A stretch of DNA of 64,000 nucleotides from Syntrophorhabdaceae bacterium (GTDB lineage Bacteria > Desulfobacterota > Syntrophorhabdia > Syntrophorhabdales > Syntrophorhabdaceae). The first letter of the stretch is position 1; each line of letters starts with the position of its first letter. The translations under genes were made by a program, and so were the position numbers. The notes under the pieces are model-generated. The model did no database searches. It worked only from the letters and a program-made list of their open reading frames with translations, and had not been told where the DNA came from. Shown here piece by piece: positions 54,803-64,000 of the stretch. The stretch spans positions 5,444,165 to 5,508,164 of the forward strand of contig OY762209.1 in the NCBI GenBank assembly GCA_963665295.1. The letters are read 5' to 3'.

Positions 54803-57331
54803 TCAATCCATCAGTTTCCTGCCGTAACCCTTGAGGAGCAGGGAATTGGTCACCACCGACACGGAGGAAAAGGCCATGGCAAGGCCTGCCCACTCCGGCG
54901 GCAGGAGCGTGCCCGTCAGGGGATAGAGGACGCCGGCAGCCACGGGAATGCCGATCACATTATAGATAAGGGCCCAAAAGAGGTTCTGTTTGATCTTGGT
55001 CAGGGTCTTCCTGCCCAACCGGATTGCCCTCTCCACGTCGAGGAGGTCATTTCTGACCAGGATTACGTCGCCCGTTTCCTTTGCCACGTCCGTTCCGGAC
55101 CCTATGGCGATACCGATATCCGCCTGTGCCAGGGCGGGGGCGTCATTGATCCCGTCGCCCACCATGGCGACCTTCAGCCCCTGCTCCTGGTACTTCCTCA
55201 CCACATTGATCTTGTCCTGGGGCAGTACTTCCGCCACCACCTCGTCGATTCCGACTTCCCGGCCTACCACGTGGGCGACTTTGCTGTTGTCCCCCGTAAC
55301 CATGAACGTTTTGAGGCCCAGGCCGTGGAGGCGTTCGATCGCCGTCCTCGAATGCTCCTTAAGCACGTCGGCCAGGGCGATCAGCCCGATGGAACGGCCG
55401 TCAAGGGCGACAAACATGGTCGTTTTTCCCGCTTCCGCGAGGTTATGAAATTCCTGTTCCATGTTGCTCACATCGATCCCATGCTTCTCCATGAGCTTCA
55501 TATTGCCGATAAACAAGGGGCTGTCGCGGAAGGAACAAAGGGTGCCATGGCCGCTCTCTTCCCTGCAGTCCCGGACTTCCTCGATGGCAAGGCCTTCTTT
55601 CCGGGCCCGGGCCACCACCGCCTGGGCCAGGGGATGTATCGAGGCGTTTTCCCCTGCCGCCGCTATCTGTAAAAGGTCCATTTGCCCGTAAGGGGCAACG
55701 GCCACGATATCCGTGACCTCGGGAGACCCCTTGGTAAGGGTCCCCGTCTTGTCGAAGCCGATAGCCTGGAGACTCGAGATGCTCTCCAGCACTGCCGCCG
55801 ATTTGAAGAGAATGCCGCGGTTGAGGCCCACCCCGCTGCCCACCATTATCGCCGTCGGGGTCGCGAGGCCCAGGGCGCAGGGACACGCAATGACCAGGAC
55901 CGCAATGCCCGCGGTAAGGGCAAAGACAAAGGAACCGTGAAGGGGGAAGTACCACGCCAGGAATGTAAGTATCGCCATGGCCACCACGGCTGGAACGAAA
56001 TAATTGGAAATAGTATCGGCCAGGCGCTGAATAGGGGGCTTGACACCCTGAGCCTCCTCCACCATCTTGATGATCCCGGAAAGGACCGTATCTTTCCCGG
56101 TCTTCGAGATCCTCACTTTGATGCTTCCCGTCCTGTTGATGGTGGCGCCTATGACGGCGCTCCCCGGTACTTTTTCCACCGGAATGGGCTCCCCTGTGAG
56201 CATGGATTCGTCAATGCTGGTTTCTCCTTCAACAATCTCGCCATCCACGGGAATCTTCTCTCCCGGCTTGACCAGGACCATGTCCCCTATTTTCACGTCC
56301 GACGCCGCCACGTCCTGTTCCTCGCCGTTTACGAGGAGACGCGCCTTGTCCGCCTGCAGCTCCAGAAGCCTCCTCAGAGCTTGTCCTGCCCGGCCTTTCG
56401 CTTTGGCTTCAAGGTACTTGCCGAAACGGACAAAGGTGATAAGTACGGCCGACGCGTCGAAGAATGTGGGCCCTTCGAAAAAGACATGGGGAAAGGTCGT
56501 GAGTACGCTGTAGCCGTAAGCGGCAGTGATCCCGATGGCCACCAGGACATCCATGTTGGCCGACCTGTTCCTCAGGGCGTGATAGGCCCCGCGATAGAAG
56601 GTCCACCCCGCAGTGAACTGCACAATGGTGGCCATGGCGAAGGTGCTGTACATCAGGAACAGGGACATGGGCAGGAACCACATCATGGGCATGATAGGCA
56701 GGGAGAAAAGGGCGCTTAAGATCAGCCAGTTGCGCTGGTTCGCGGCAAAGCGGTCTTCATCCTCCTCCACCTTGTCCAGGGGGATATAACCGGCATCTTT
56801 TACCTGGTCGAATATGCCTTTCAAATCGATTATGTGGGGATCGTAATCGACGGTCACCGTCTCGCTCGCAAAATTTACCGCAGCGGCCCGAACCCCCGGC
56901 GTCTTTCCAAGCCTCTTCTCTATGGTCAAGGCGCAATGGGCGCACGTCATCCCGCCCACCTTGAACTGCGACTTGGTTTCAGTTCCTGCGGCGTCGCCGG
57001 AAGGGCTTGCCTCCGCCGTCGCTTCCACGGCAGGGGACGGCTCCTCCTCCGTTACCTCGCCTCCCGCATGTCTCTTCTCCCTTTCCTCTCCGGGGACAGG
57101 GCTCGTGGAGTATCCCGCCTCTTCGATCGCCCGGACCACGTCGTCCATTCCTACCCGGTCTTCATCATAGGTAAGGAAGGCCTTTTCATCGGCTAGAGAA
57201 ACCCGGACGTCCTTCACGCCGTCGAGGCCTCCGATGGCTTTTGTCACCCGCGCCACGCAGTGCTCGCATGTCATCCCGTATACCGGGACTGCCGACTCCT
57301 GTTGATGTCCATTCCCTTTCGTATCAGTCAT
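54803..57331 (-). CDS. copA: Cu(I)-translocating P1B-type ATPase
   Basis: Two GMTCxHC motifs, TGE, CPC, DKTGT, GDGIND, YN and MAFSS. Confidence 0.95.
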   Translation of the reverse strand: MTDTKGNGHQQESAVPVYGMTCEHCVARVTKAIGGLDGVKDVRVSLADEKAFLTYDEDRVGMDDVVRAIEEAGYSTSPVPGEEREKRHAGGEVTEEEPSPAVEATAEASPSGDAAGTETKSQFKVGGMTCAHCALTIEKRLGKTPGVRAAAVNFASETVTVDYDPHIIDLKGIFDQVKDAGYIPLDKVEEDEDRFAANQRNWLILSALFSLPIMPMMWFLPMSLFLMYSTFAMATIVQFTAGWTFYRGAYHALRNRSANMDVLVAIGITAAYGYSVLTTFPHVFFEGPTFFDASAVLITFVRFGKYLEAKAKGRAGQALRRLLELQADKARLLVNGEEQDVAASDVKIGDMVLVKPGEKIPVDGEIVEGETSIDESMLTGEPIPVEKVPGSAVIGATINRTGSIKVRISKTGKDTVLSGIIKMVEEAQGVKPPIQRLADTISNYFVPAVVAMAILTFLAWYFPLHGSFVFALTAGIAVLVIACPCALGLATPTAIMVGSGVGLNRGILFKSAAVLESISSLQAIGFDKTGTLTKGSPEVTDIVAVAPYGQMDLLQIAAAGENASIHPLAQAVVARARKEGLAIEEVRDCREESGHGTLCSFRDSPLFIGNMKLMEKHGIDVSNMEQEFHNLAEAGKTTMFVALDGRSIGLIALADVLKEHSRTAIERLHGLGLKTFMVTGDNSKVAHVVGREVGIDEVVAEVLPQDKINVVRKYQEQGLKVAMVGDGINDAPALAQADIGIAIGSGTDVAKETGDVILVRNDLLDVERAIRLGRKTLTKIKQNLFWALIYNVIGIPVAAGVLYPLTGTLLPPEWAGLAMAFSSVSVVTNSLLLKGYGRKLMD

Positions 57332-57364
57332 GCCCTCATCTCCTTGAAACTTGTCGCCCTTTAC

Positions 57365-57697
57365 TCACCTGATCAGTTTGAACATGGTCTTCAGGACCTC
57401 GTCCACCACCTGCTCGTCGCCGGCCTGAAGCTGCTCCTTGACACAGGATTTCATATGTTTCTCCAGAAGAAGCCGTGCCACCCCGTGCAACGCCGACTGG
57501 GCCGAGGAAATCTGGTTCAGGATATCGTCGCAGTAAACGCTCCGCTCGATCATGCCCCTGATGCCCCGGAGCTGCCCCTCGATCCGGTTCAACCGGCTCG
57601 TCAGGTCCCGGATAGTCTGTTCGCCATGATGACTCCTGCGGACCCCATCCTCTGATTCCCCACTGCAACCGCAACAGGAAGTCTCCAATTCATCCAT
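57365..57697 (-). CDS. csoR: copper-sensing repressor CsoR
   Basis: RLNRIEGQLRGI, YCDDIL.Q and HMKSCV motifs. Confidence 0.92.
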   Translation of the reverse strand: MDELETSCCGCSGESEDGVRRSHHGEQTIRDLTSRLNRIEGQLRGIRGMIERSVYCDDILNQISSAQSALHGVARLLLEKHMKSCVKEQLQAGDEQVVDEVLKTMFKLIR

Positions 57698-57719
57698 GTT
57701 CTCACCTCCATCTTTCAAT

Positions 57720-57748
57720 ATACTATGCCCCCCTACCCTATTTGTCAA
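57720..57748 (-). promoter_or_regulatory. csoR-copA promoter with a CsoR-type G/C-tract operator in the spacer
   Basis: TTGACA-17 nt-TAGTAT; the spacer region reads ATAGGGTAGGGGGGCAT. Confidence 0.75.
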
Positions 57749-57816
57749 GGGGCCGGGGTATAGTTGCGGGATTCGATTGGAACGCCGGATTTATGGTTGG
57801 GTCAGGTTTGTCGCCG

Positions 57817-57921
57817 ACATCCGGTTCCCCCGCGGGTCCATGCCCCGAAGCTCGCTTTGGAATAGCCTTAAAGGTGTTATGTTCGTCTTTGATACTCCGC
57901 GGCTTGCCGCGGGGTAGTTCG
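57817..57921. repeat. palindromic IS200/IS605-end-like or REP-like remnant
   Basis: TACTCCGCGGC-TT-GCCGCGGGGTA hairpin followed by GTTC (57891-57920); GC-rich segment to its left; no transposase. Confidence 0.45.
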
Positions 57922-58101
57922 TTTCGTGCGGTCCCGGCTCCCTTGATTAATGTAACCGCCTCTGATAGACTCATTTTGCTGTGTGCCCTCCCCCTCCAAA
58001 CAGGCCTGTTGGAGCAGGGGGATAGAGGAGGAGGAAAAGGGAATGGGAAGTGAGGCCCATGCCGCGACGGCCGCAACCAATAGGTCCGGGGAGAACTGTC
58101 C

Positions 58102-58710
58102 ATGATAAACCATCGGGCAACGCGGGGCTATGGCCTCCTTGAGGGTTTCCTCGTGAACCTGAGGTGCAGGCAGGCCGAGAGGCACATACCTCCTGCTTAC
58201 AGGCAAGGGCGGGTCCTGGATGTGGGATGCGGCGCGAGTCCGTTCTTCCTTATACGAACGACCTTCGCAGAGAAATACGGCCTGGATAAGACCATCAATG
58301 ACCACCATAGCCAGGGTTCCCGGGAATACGGGATTACCCTTGTCCGTCACGATATCGAGGAGGACGGCAGCCTTCCCTTCACGGACGGGTATTTCGATGT
58401 AATAACCATGCTCGCAGTGTATGAACATATCGAGCACGACAGGTTGGTACACGTTCTGGAGGAAATCTACCGGGCATTGAAACCCGGCGGCATACACCTG
58501 GCCACCACCCCCACGGCGTGGACGAACCGTCTTCTGAAGAGAATGGCCCGCCTTCGTCTGGTGAGTCCGGCGGAGATCGCCGAGCACAAGGAAGCATACA
58601 CCCGTCCCCGCCTGCTATCCACCCTCCGGAAGACGCCCTTTTCCAGACATAAAGTAGAATGCGGCTACTTCGAGATGTCCATGAACCTCTGGGTAAAAGC
58701 CACAAAATAG
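58102..58710 (+). CDS. class I SAM-dependent methyltransferase
   Basis: VLDVGCG, LPF.DG.FD, YEHI and LKPGG motifs. Confidence 0.88.
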   Translation: MINHRATRGYGLLEGFLVNLRCRQAERHIPPAYRQGRVLDVGCGASPFFLIRTTFAEKYGLDKTINDHHSQGSREYGITLVRHDIEEDGSLPFTDGYFDVITMLAVYEHIEHDRLVHVLEEIYRALKPGGIHLATTPTAWTNRLLKRMARLRLVSPAEIAEHKEAYTRPRLLSTLRKTPFSRHKVECGYFEMSMNLWVKATK

Positions 58711-58908
58711 TGTCCAGCCCTTCACGTACTATTCCTCCCCCGAATGAGGTTTCCTTCTCACGACCCCTGTTGCCCACCGTTCCCCCACATCGGAATTTGT
58801 TTGACATCGATTCGGCTCAATAGGAGAATGAAAGAAAGAGTTTGACACCGGAAAGAGGGGGGAAGAGCTATTGACACATTTGCGAAATGAGACTCCGGGA
58901 GGTGTTCT

Positions 58909-59784
58909 GTGAATCGTCGGACATTTTTGTTGACCGCTGCAACGATTCCTCTTGTCCTCGCAGCCACCGCGAGGGCCTCCGAAAGCGCGCAAGCCGGCTC
59001 TCCACAAGCCAAATTCGCGAAGCTCGAAAGAGCTTCGGGTGGCCGCCTCGGCGTGTATGCGGTAAATATGGCTAATCGTGTGCAGATCGCCCATCGTGCA
59101 GATGAGCGTTTCCCCTTGTGTAGTACCTTCAAAGTGATCGTGGCAGCTGCGATATTGGCACGAAGTGCTCAAATCGACGGCCTATTGCAGCGCCGAATTC
59201 AATACGAGCAGAGCGATCTCGTCACCTACTCGCCCGTTTCCGAGAAACACGTGGCTGATGGAATGACCATCTTTGAACTTTGTGCATCCGCGATTCAGTA
59301 CAGCGACAACACATCGGCCAATCTACTAATGAGAATTCTTGGTGGGCCGCCCGCAGTGACGGCCTATGCGCGATCAATCGGAAATGGTGAGTTTCGCCTG
59401 GACCGATGGGAAACAGAATTGAACACCTGCATTCCCGGCGATCCTCGCGACACTTCTACCCCTGCTGCAATGGCCCTTACCCTGCAATCACTGGTTCTCG
59501 GCAATGCCTTGCCCCCTGCCCAGAGAAACCAGTTGAACGAGTGGCTACGCGGTAACACCACAGGTGCCAAACGTATTCGTGCCGTCATACCCGGCGGCTG
59601 GCAAATTGGTGACAAGACGGGCTCGGGTGACTATGGCACTGCAAACGACATCGCGGTGCTATGGCCGCCGGAACGTAAGCCGATCGTTCTCGCCATTTAC
59701 TACACGCGGGAGGAGCAAAATGCGAAACGGCGCGACGACGTGATTGCGGCGGCGGCTAAGATCGTCGTGGACGATTTCGGCTAA
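58909..59784 (+). CDS. class A serine beta-lactamase with a Tat signal peptide
   Basis: NRRTFL, STFK, SDN, ETELN and KTG motifs. Confidence 0.95.
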   Translation: MNRRTFLLTAATIPLVLAATARASESAQAGSPQAKFAKLERASGGRLGVYAVNMANRVQIAHRADERFPLCSTFKVIVAAAILARSAQIDGLLQRRIQYEQSDLVTYSPVSEKHVADGMTIFELCASAIQYSDNTSANLLMRILGGPPAVTAYARSIGNGEFRLDRWETELNTCIPGDPRDTSTPAAMALTLQSLVLGNALPPAQRNQLNEWLRGNTTGAKRIRAVIPGGWQIGDKTGSGDYGTANDIAVLWPPERKPIVLAIYYTREEQNAKRRDDVIAAAAKIVVDDFG

Positions 59785-59816
59785 ACCCGTGCAGTCAACT
59801 GAACTGGTGGATGCCG

Positions 59817-59876
59817 GCCCAACATCGGCATGGTGCCGACGGGCTATTCGCCCGCCGCACATGCCGGGCGTTAATA
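59817..59876 (+). mobile_element. integron attC-like recombination site
   Basis: R'' GCCCAAC, 5-nt spacer, L''/L' palindrome CGGCATG(G)TGC / GCACATGCCG with one unpaired base, central CGGGC/GCCCG, then R' GTTAATA. Confidence 0.75.
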
Positions 59877-59952
59877 TGGTGAGGAGGCCCTATTTCAAAT
59901 TGGTTCTTATTTCCGGCATCCTCTTAATAAGTTCAACAAGTGCCGGGTGGAG

Positions 59953-60090
59953 TAGGCGTAGGCACGGGGTGCGGGCTTCAGATAGGTTGGGCTGTGAAGG
60001 CGGGTAGGCCGACGGCGTACTCAAGTACGCCACAGGACCCCGCCTTTGCAGAGCGGCCTATATGGAGTTCGCACCCCGTGCCTATGCCTG
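59953..60090. repeat. rod-like palindromic repeat, copy B
   Basis: Homologous to 22480-22618, with compensatory changes in the stems. Confidence 0.85.
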
Positions 60091-60232
60091 ACCACTGACA
60101 CAACAAAACACACAAACTTCACAACCCCGCACCAGAACCCGCCGGACCTCCGCCTATTTCCGCAGACATGGACCCTGCGCTGCCCGAGGCTGTCCAAAGT
60201 CTGGAAATATCAGGACCTTTATGTTATAGTAC

Positions 60233-61000
60233 GTGATCTTGAGCGCCCACGGTCCCCAATCAACACATGCCCATACCGCCGATTCTCCCGGTGTCCACGC
60301 ACTGGCCCGGGACGGGGTCCACGAGAAAGTCCTCGCCTATCTCCAGGACAAACCCCGGGGCGCAATCCTCGACATTCCCACAGGGCTCGGGGCCCTCGCC
60401 CTGGTCCTCCACGAGATGGGCTTCCATGTCTCCTGCTGCGATATCGATACCTCCCAGTTCCGCGTACCCCAGCTACACGTTGACCCGGGCGACCTGAACG
60501 GGACGATCCCCTACGGAGACGGACAGTTCGATTTCGTCTGCTTTCTCGAGGCCATAGAGCATACGGAGAACCCCTACAACGCGGTTCGCGAGCTTGCGCG
60601 GGTACTGAAACCGGGGGGCACCCTCATTCTCAGCACCCCCAACTACCTCAACATCGAACGGAGACTGAAATTCCTCATCACCGGCTTTTTCACCAAACCC
60701 ATGAACCGCGAGACATTCCTGGGCAGCTGCCAGGGCAAGACCTACGGCATGCACCTGAGTCCCATCGGCTACACACTTATAAGATTCGCCCTTGAACACG
60801 CGGGGCTTACCATCAAGACGATCACCTACGATAAGAAGAAACCCAAGCAACTCTTTTTAAAACCCCTGGTCTGGCTGATCCGTTCCTACGGGCGGCTATG
60901 GTCGGAAAGAAAGCGGAGGCAGTACTGGCTTTCCGAGACATCGAGCAGCGAAATACTGGAAGGGGGAAATACGCTTATCATTTTTGCGGAAAGAATATGA
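60233..61000 (+). CDS. class I SAM-dependent methyltransferase
   Basis: ILDIPTGLG, EAIEH and RVLKPGG..LSTPN motifs. Confidence 0.85.
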   Translation: MILSAHGPQSTHAHTADSPGVHALARDGVHEKVLAYLQDKPRGAILDIPTGLGALALVLHEMGFHVSCCDIDTSQFRVPQLHVDPGDLNGTIPYGDGQFDFVCFLEAIEHTENPYNAVRELARVLKPGGTLILSTPNYLNIERRLKFLITGFFTKPMNRETFLGSCQGKTYGMHLSPIGYTLIRFALEHAGLTIKTITYDKKKPKQLFLKPLVWLIRSYGRLWSERKRRQYWLSETSSSEILEGGNTLIIFAERI

Positions 61001-61023
61001 TGGGCAATACAGGAGCCTCTATC

Positions 61024-62142
61024 GTGAAAATAAACATCTTTAACGTCGAAAGGGACCACGAGGGAATAAAAGACGAACTCGTCGGTATCTTTAACAAAGT
61101 GCTCACCGAAGGGGAATACATACTGGGCGATAGGCTCACACGGTTTGAAGATGCCTTTGCCGAGTATATCGGCGTAAAACACGCGGTGGGCGTCGCCAAC
61201 GGCACCGACGCGATCAGACTGGGCGGCCTCGCCCTCGGGCTCAAACCGGGAGACAAGGTCGTGACCACCCCCAACACCTACGTGGCCACCACCATGGCCC
61301 TCTCCACCCAGGGCATCATGCCGGTCTTTACGGACATAGAAAAGGAAAACTATAATATGGACCCGAAGGCGCTCGACGAAACCCTCGCCGCGCATAAAGA
61401 CGTGAAGGTCTGCATCCCCGTGCACCTCTACGGCCACGCGGCCCGGATGGACGAGATACTCGACGTGTGCGCGGCCCACGGGGTATACGTCCTCGAAGAC
61501 GCTTGTCAGGCCCACGGAGCCCTTTACGGAGACGAAAAGAAGAAGGTGGGGAGCCTCGGCAACGCGGCGGCCTTCAGTTTCTACCCCACAAAGAACCTCG
61601 GCTGCTACGGCGACGCGGGCATGGTCGTCACCGATTCCGACGAGACCTACGAAGAAGTCTTGAAGCTGAGGAACTTCGGTCAGGGAAAGGACAAGCACGT
61701 CCACCTGTCGGACGGATTCAACTCAAGGCTCGACAGCCTCCAGGCGGAAATCCTTACGTTTAAACTCGGACTCCTCAATGCTTGGAACGAGAAGAGGAGG
61801 GGCCTTGCGCGCCTCTATACGGAGGCCCTCGCCGGTCTGCCCGTCACCCTGCCCACCGAAGCTTCCTGGACGCGCCACGTATTTCACCTCTACGTGATCA
61901 GATCCGGGCAGAGGAAGGCCCTCATGGATTATCTTGTGGAAAAGGAGATTGGCACCCTGATACATTACCCGACGCCGATCCACCTCCAGCCCGCCTACCG
62001 TCACCTCGGGTACGGCACGGGCTCTTTCCCCAAGGCCGAGCAGGCTGCCCGGGAGATCATCAGCCTTCCCATGTACCCGTCCCTCCGCGAAGATGAAGTC
62101 TTTCGCGTATGCGATGCGATACGGTCGTTTTACCGCAAGTGA
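61024..62142 (+). CDS. DegT/DnrJ/EryC1/StrS aminotransferase
   Basis: EDACQAHG and [13 protein letters not shown] motifs; GTG start with AGGAG (ATG 60997 is an alternative). Confidence 0.9.
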   Translation: MKINIFNVERDHEGIKDELVGIFNKVLTEGEYILGDRLTRFEDAFAEYIGVKHAVGVANGTDAIRLGGLALGLKPGDKVVTTPNTYVATTMALSTQGIMPVFTDIEKENYNMDPKALDETLAAHKDVKVCIPVHLYGHAARMDEILDVCAAHGVYVLEDACQAHGALYGDEKKKVGSLGNAAAFSFYPTKNLGCYGDAGMVVTDSDETYEEVLKLRNFGQGKDKHVHLSDGFNSRLDSLQAEILTFKLGLLNAWNEKRRGLARLYTEALAGLPVTLPTEASWTRHVFHLYVIRSGQRKALMDYLVEKEIGTLIHYPTPIHLQPAYRHLGYGTGSFPKAEQAAREIISLPMYPSLREDEVFRVCDAIRSFYRK

Positions 62143-62147
62143 CGGCC

Positions 62148-63281
62148 ATGAAGATCCTTCACCTTTTCAGTGACTGGAAATGGACCGGTCCCGCGGAACC
62201 CACCGTCTCCCTCTGCGCGGCGTTGATTGCGGCAGGCGTGGACGTGACCATGGCATACCGCCCGACACCCATCGACTACCCCGACAGGACCGTGGGCAAG
62301 GAGGCCGGGAAGGCGAATTTAAAGCGCTTCGAGGGTTTCAGGCTCAACAGGTATTTTTCCCTCAAGGACTGGACTTTCGACATCCGGGCCATCAGGTCCT
62401 ACGTGAAGAGAGAGAAGATCGATATCGTCCATACGAACCTGTCTCACGACCATTTCACCGCCCTCCTTGCCTTCGCCTTCCGGGGTGCGGGACCGCAGAT
62501 CATACGGAGCGACCATAAACGGGACGGCCTTGAAAACAGCCCCTTCATGTCGAGGGCCTTTGCGAGGACCGACGGGCTCGTCACCTATAGTAAAACCATC
62601 ATGGAAAGGGATATCACCCACTTCCGGTTTCCCCGGGAGCGGACCTCGGTCATTCCCCCGGGGATTACGCCTTACCGCGGACCTGTGGATGATCTGAGAC
62701 CGGAACTGGGCATCGCGCCCGACGAAACGGTAATCGGGGTCATCGGGCGGCTGAAGCCCGACAGGGGTTATGACGTGATATTGAAGGCCTTCAAGGCCGT
62801 GCGGGAAAAGACGGGCAAGGCGAAGCTCGTCATAGTGGGTCGAAGTTCCCAGATCGAAAACAGCATCAAAAAGCCCCTCGAGGAGTTGGGCATCGCCGAT
62901 CATGTGGTCCTTGCCGGATACCGCGTGGAGGACTATTTCTCCATGATCGCCGCCTTCGATATTTTCGTCATGATGAGGGCGGGAAGCGATGGAAGCGCCC
63001 GGGCCCTTCGGGAAGTCATGGCCATGGGTAAACCTGCCGTGGTTTCCGACAAGGGCATGCTGCCCGAACTCGTGGAAGACGGCAAATCGGGCTTTGTGGC
63101 CGGGACCGATCCCCGCGTGGTGGCGGAAAGGATCACCACCCTCGTCACCGACAACGGACTCAGGAAGGCTTTCGGAGACTACGCAAAAGAGGCTGCTGTC
63201 ACAAAATGGTCCTATGCCGCGCAGGCCGATGCAATGGGACGATTCTACGAAACACTTCTTTCCATGGGCAGGAGAAAGTAG
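62148..63281 (+). CDS. glycosyltransferase family 4
   Basis: KILHL, IGRLK and EVMAMGKP.V.SD.G..PELV motifs. Confidence 0.88.
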   Translation: MKILHLFSDWKWTGPAEPTVSLCAALIAAGVDVTMAYRPTPIDYPDRTVGKEAGKANLKRFEGFRLNRYFSLKDWTFDIRAIRSYVKREKIDIVHTNLSHDHFTALLAFAFRGAGPQIIRSDHKRDGLENSPFMSRAFARTDGLVTYSKTIMERDITHFRFPRERTSVIPPGITPYRGPVDDLRPELGIAPDETVIGVIGRLKPDRGYDVILKAFKAVREKTGKAKLVIVGRSSQIENSIKKPLEELGIADHVVLAGYRVEDYFSMIAAFDIFVMMRAGSDGSARALREVMAMGKPAVVSDKGMLPELVEDGKSGFVAGTDPRVVAERITTLVTDNGLRKAFGDYAKEAAVTKWSYAAQADAMGRFYETLLSMGRRK

Positions 63282-63351
63282 CCCGCAGGTTTGGTCCTCA
63301 ATTTGCATAGAGTATGGCATAGCAAATAACTAACCCAGAGCGAGGTATACT

Positions 63352-63780
63352 ATGCCAGGATACGGAGAAGACAAAAAAACCACAGTAGACCTTGAAGATC
63401 TGCTTCAGGCAGTGCAGCATCAGGCCAGGAAGAAAGAAGGGCCCGTGAAACGGACCAGAGGGGAGTCGAGGTTCAAGGCTTCATTCTTCGTAAGCATGAT
63501 CATGGTAATGCTCGTCATTGCCCTCGGCACCATGGTGACCGTACTTAAAGCGGAAATCACTACCCTTAAGTCGGACCTGTCCGACCTCAAAAACCTCAAA
63601 GCGCAGATAGCCTCCCTGGATCCAAAGACGGAGATAGCCTCCGTTCAGACAAAGATCGACACAAAACTGGGTGAATCCAACAAGGAACAGGAAAAGATGA
63701 GAACCGACATCGCCCAGGTAATGGCGGCAGTGGATGAGCTGAAGAACTCAAAAAGGAAACCCGGACGGGTGGGCGGCTGA
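63352..63780 (+). CDS. single-TM coiled-coil hypothetical protein
   Basis: RBS GAGGT; one TM followed by heptad repeats. Confidence 0.65.
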   Translation: MPGYGEDKKTTVDLEDLLQAVQHQARKKEGPVKRTRGESRFKASFFVSMIMVMLVIALGTMVTVLKAEITTLKSDLSDLKNLKAQIASLDPKTEIASVQTKIDTKLGESNKEQEKMRTDIAQVMAAVDELKNSKRKPGRVGG

Positions 63781-63857
63781 TCACGGATTGGCACGGGTTG
63801 TCAAATATCCGACAGGGACACGCCCGTATGACGACACACCCTCTCCCATGATATTTC

Positions 63858-63891
63858 AGGGACCGGTCCGCAAGGCCCGGTCCCTTCTTTT
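63858..63891 (+). terminator. intrinsic terminator
   Basis: AGGGACCGG...GCAA loop...CCGGTCCCT followed by TCTTTT. Confidence 0.65.
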
Positions 63892-64000
63892 ATGATCCTC
63901 TTTTACGATCAGCTTTTACCCGATCCGTCGATTGTGTTAGGTCGGCTTTATATCTTCTGTGCCTTCAACAAGGCGGCCGCTTCCTCGGGCGTAACGGAAA

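Noticed and set aside
63789..63805. sigma54 promoter at TGGCAC
   Set aside because: No GC at the -12 position with correct spacing.
1..64000. CRISPR array, rRNA or canonical tRNA
   Set aside because: No regularly spaced repeats or recognisable RNA gene signatures found by eye.
63948..64000. Partial minus-strand CDS end (SVTPEEAAALLKAQKI*)
   Set aside because: Too short to identify at the window edge.

Overview
The window has two parts. Bases 1 to about 22,320 are the late half and right end of a Mu-like (transposable) prophage: the 3' end of a Mor/C-type activator, a lysis cassette, Mu gp26-gp32-like packaging and head genes, a capsid gene, a sheath-less tail module, a remnant of a deleted D12-class DNA methyltransferase, and repeated candidate transposase-binding sites. 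The rest is GC-rich host chromosome, possibly a Desulfobacterota/Syntrophorhabdus-like anaerobe (inference only). It carries gdhA, surface-glycan genes, an orphan flagellin, a degenerate cNMP/AAA/4Fe-4S membrane protein, a lasso-peptide-type RiPP cluster, an NHEJ locus with two Ku genes and a split LigD, csoR-copA-copZ, and a class A beta-lactamase. The most notable signals are: (1) a consensus antisense promoter driving a ~110-nt cloverleaf RNA directly behind a MuF gene with a nuclease-like C-terminal extension and no immunity ORF; (2) a lasso precursor ending in Ser, clustered with a kinase, a GT2 and a radical SAM enzyme but no B2 peptidase; (3) an integron attC-like site behind the beta-lactamase; (4) two copies of a ~140-nt rod-like hairpin with many compensatory substitutions. 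All calls come from manual motif reading; no searches or folding programs were run.
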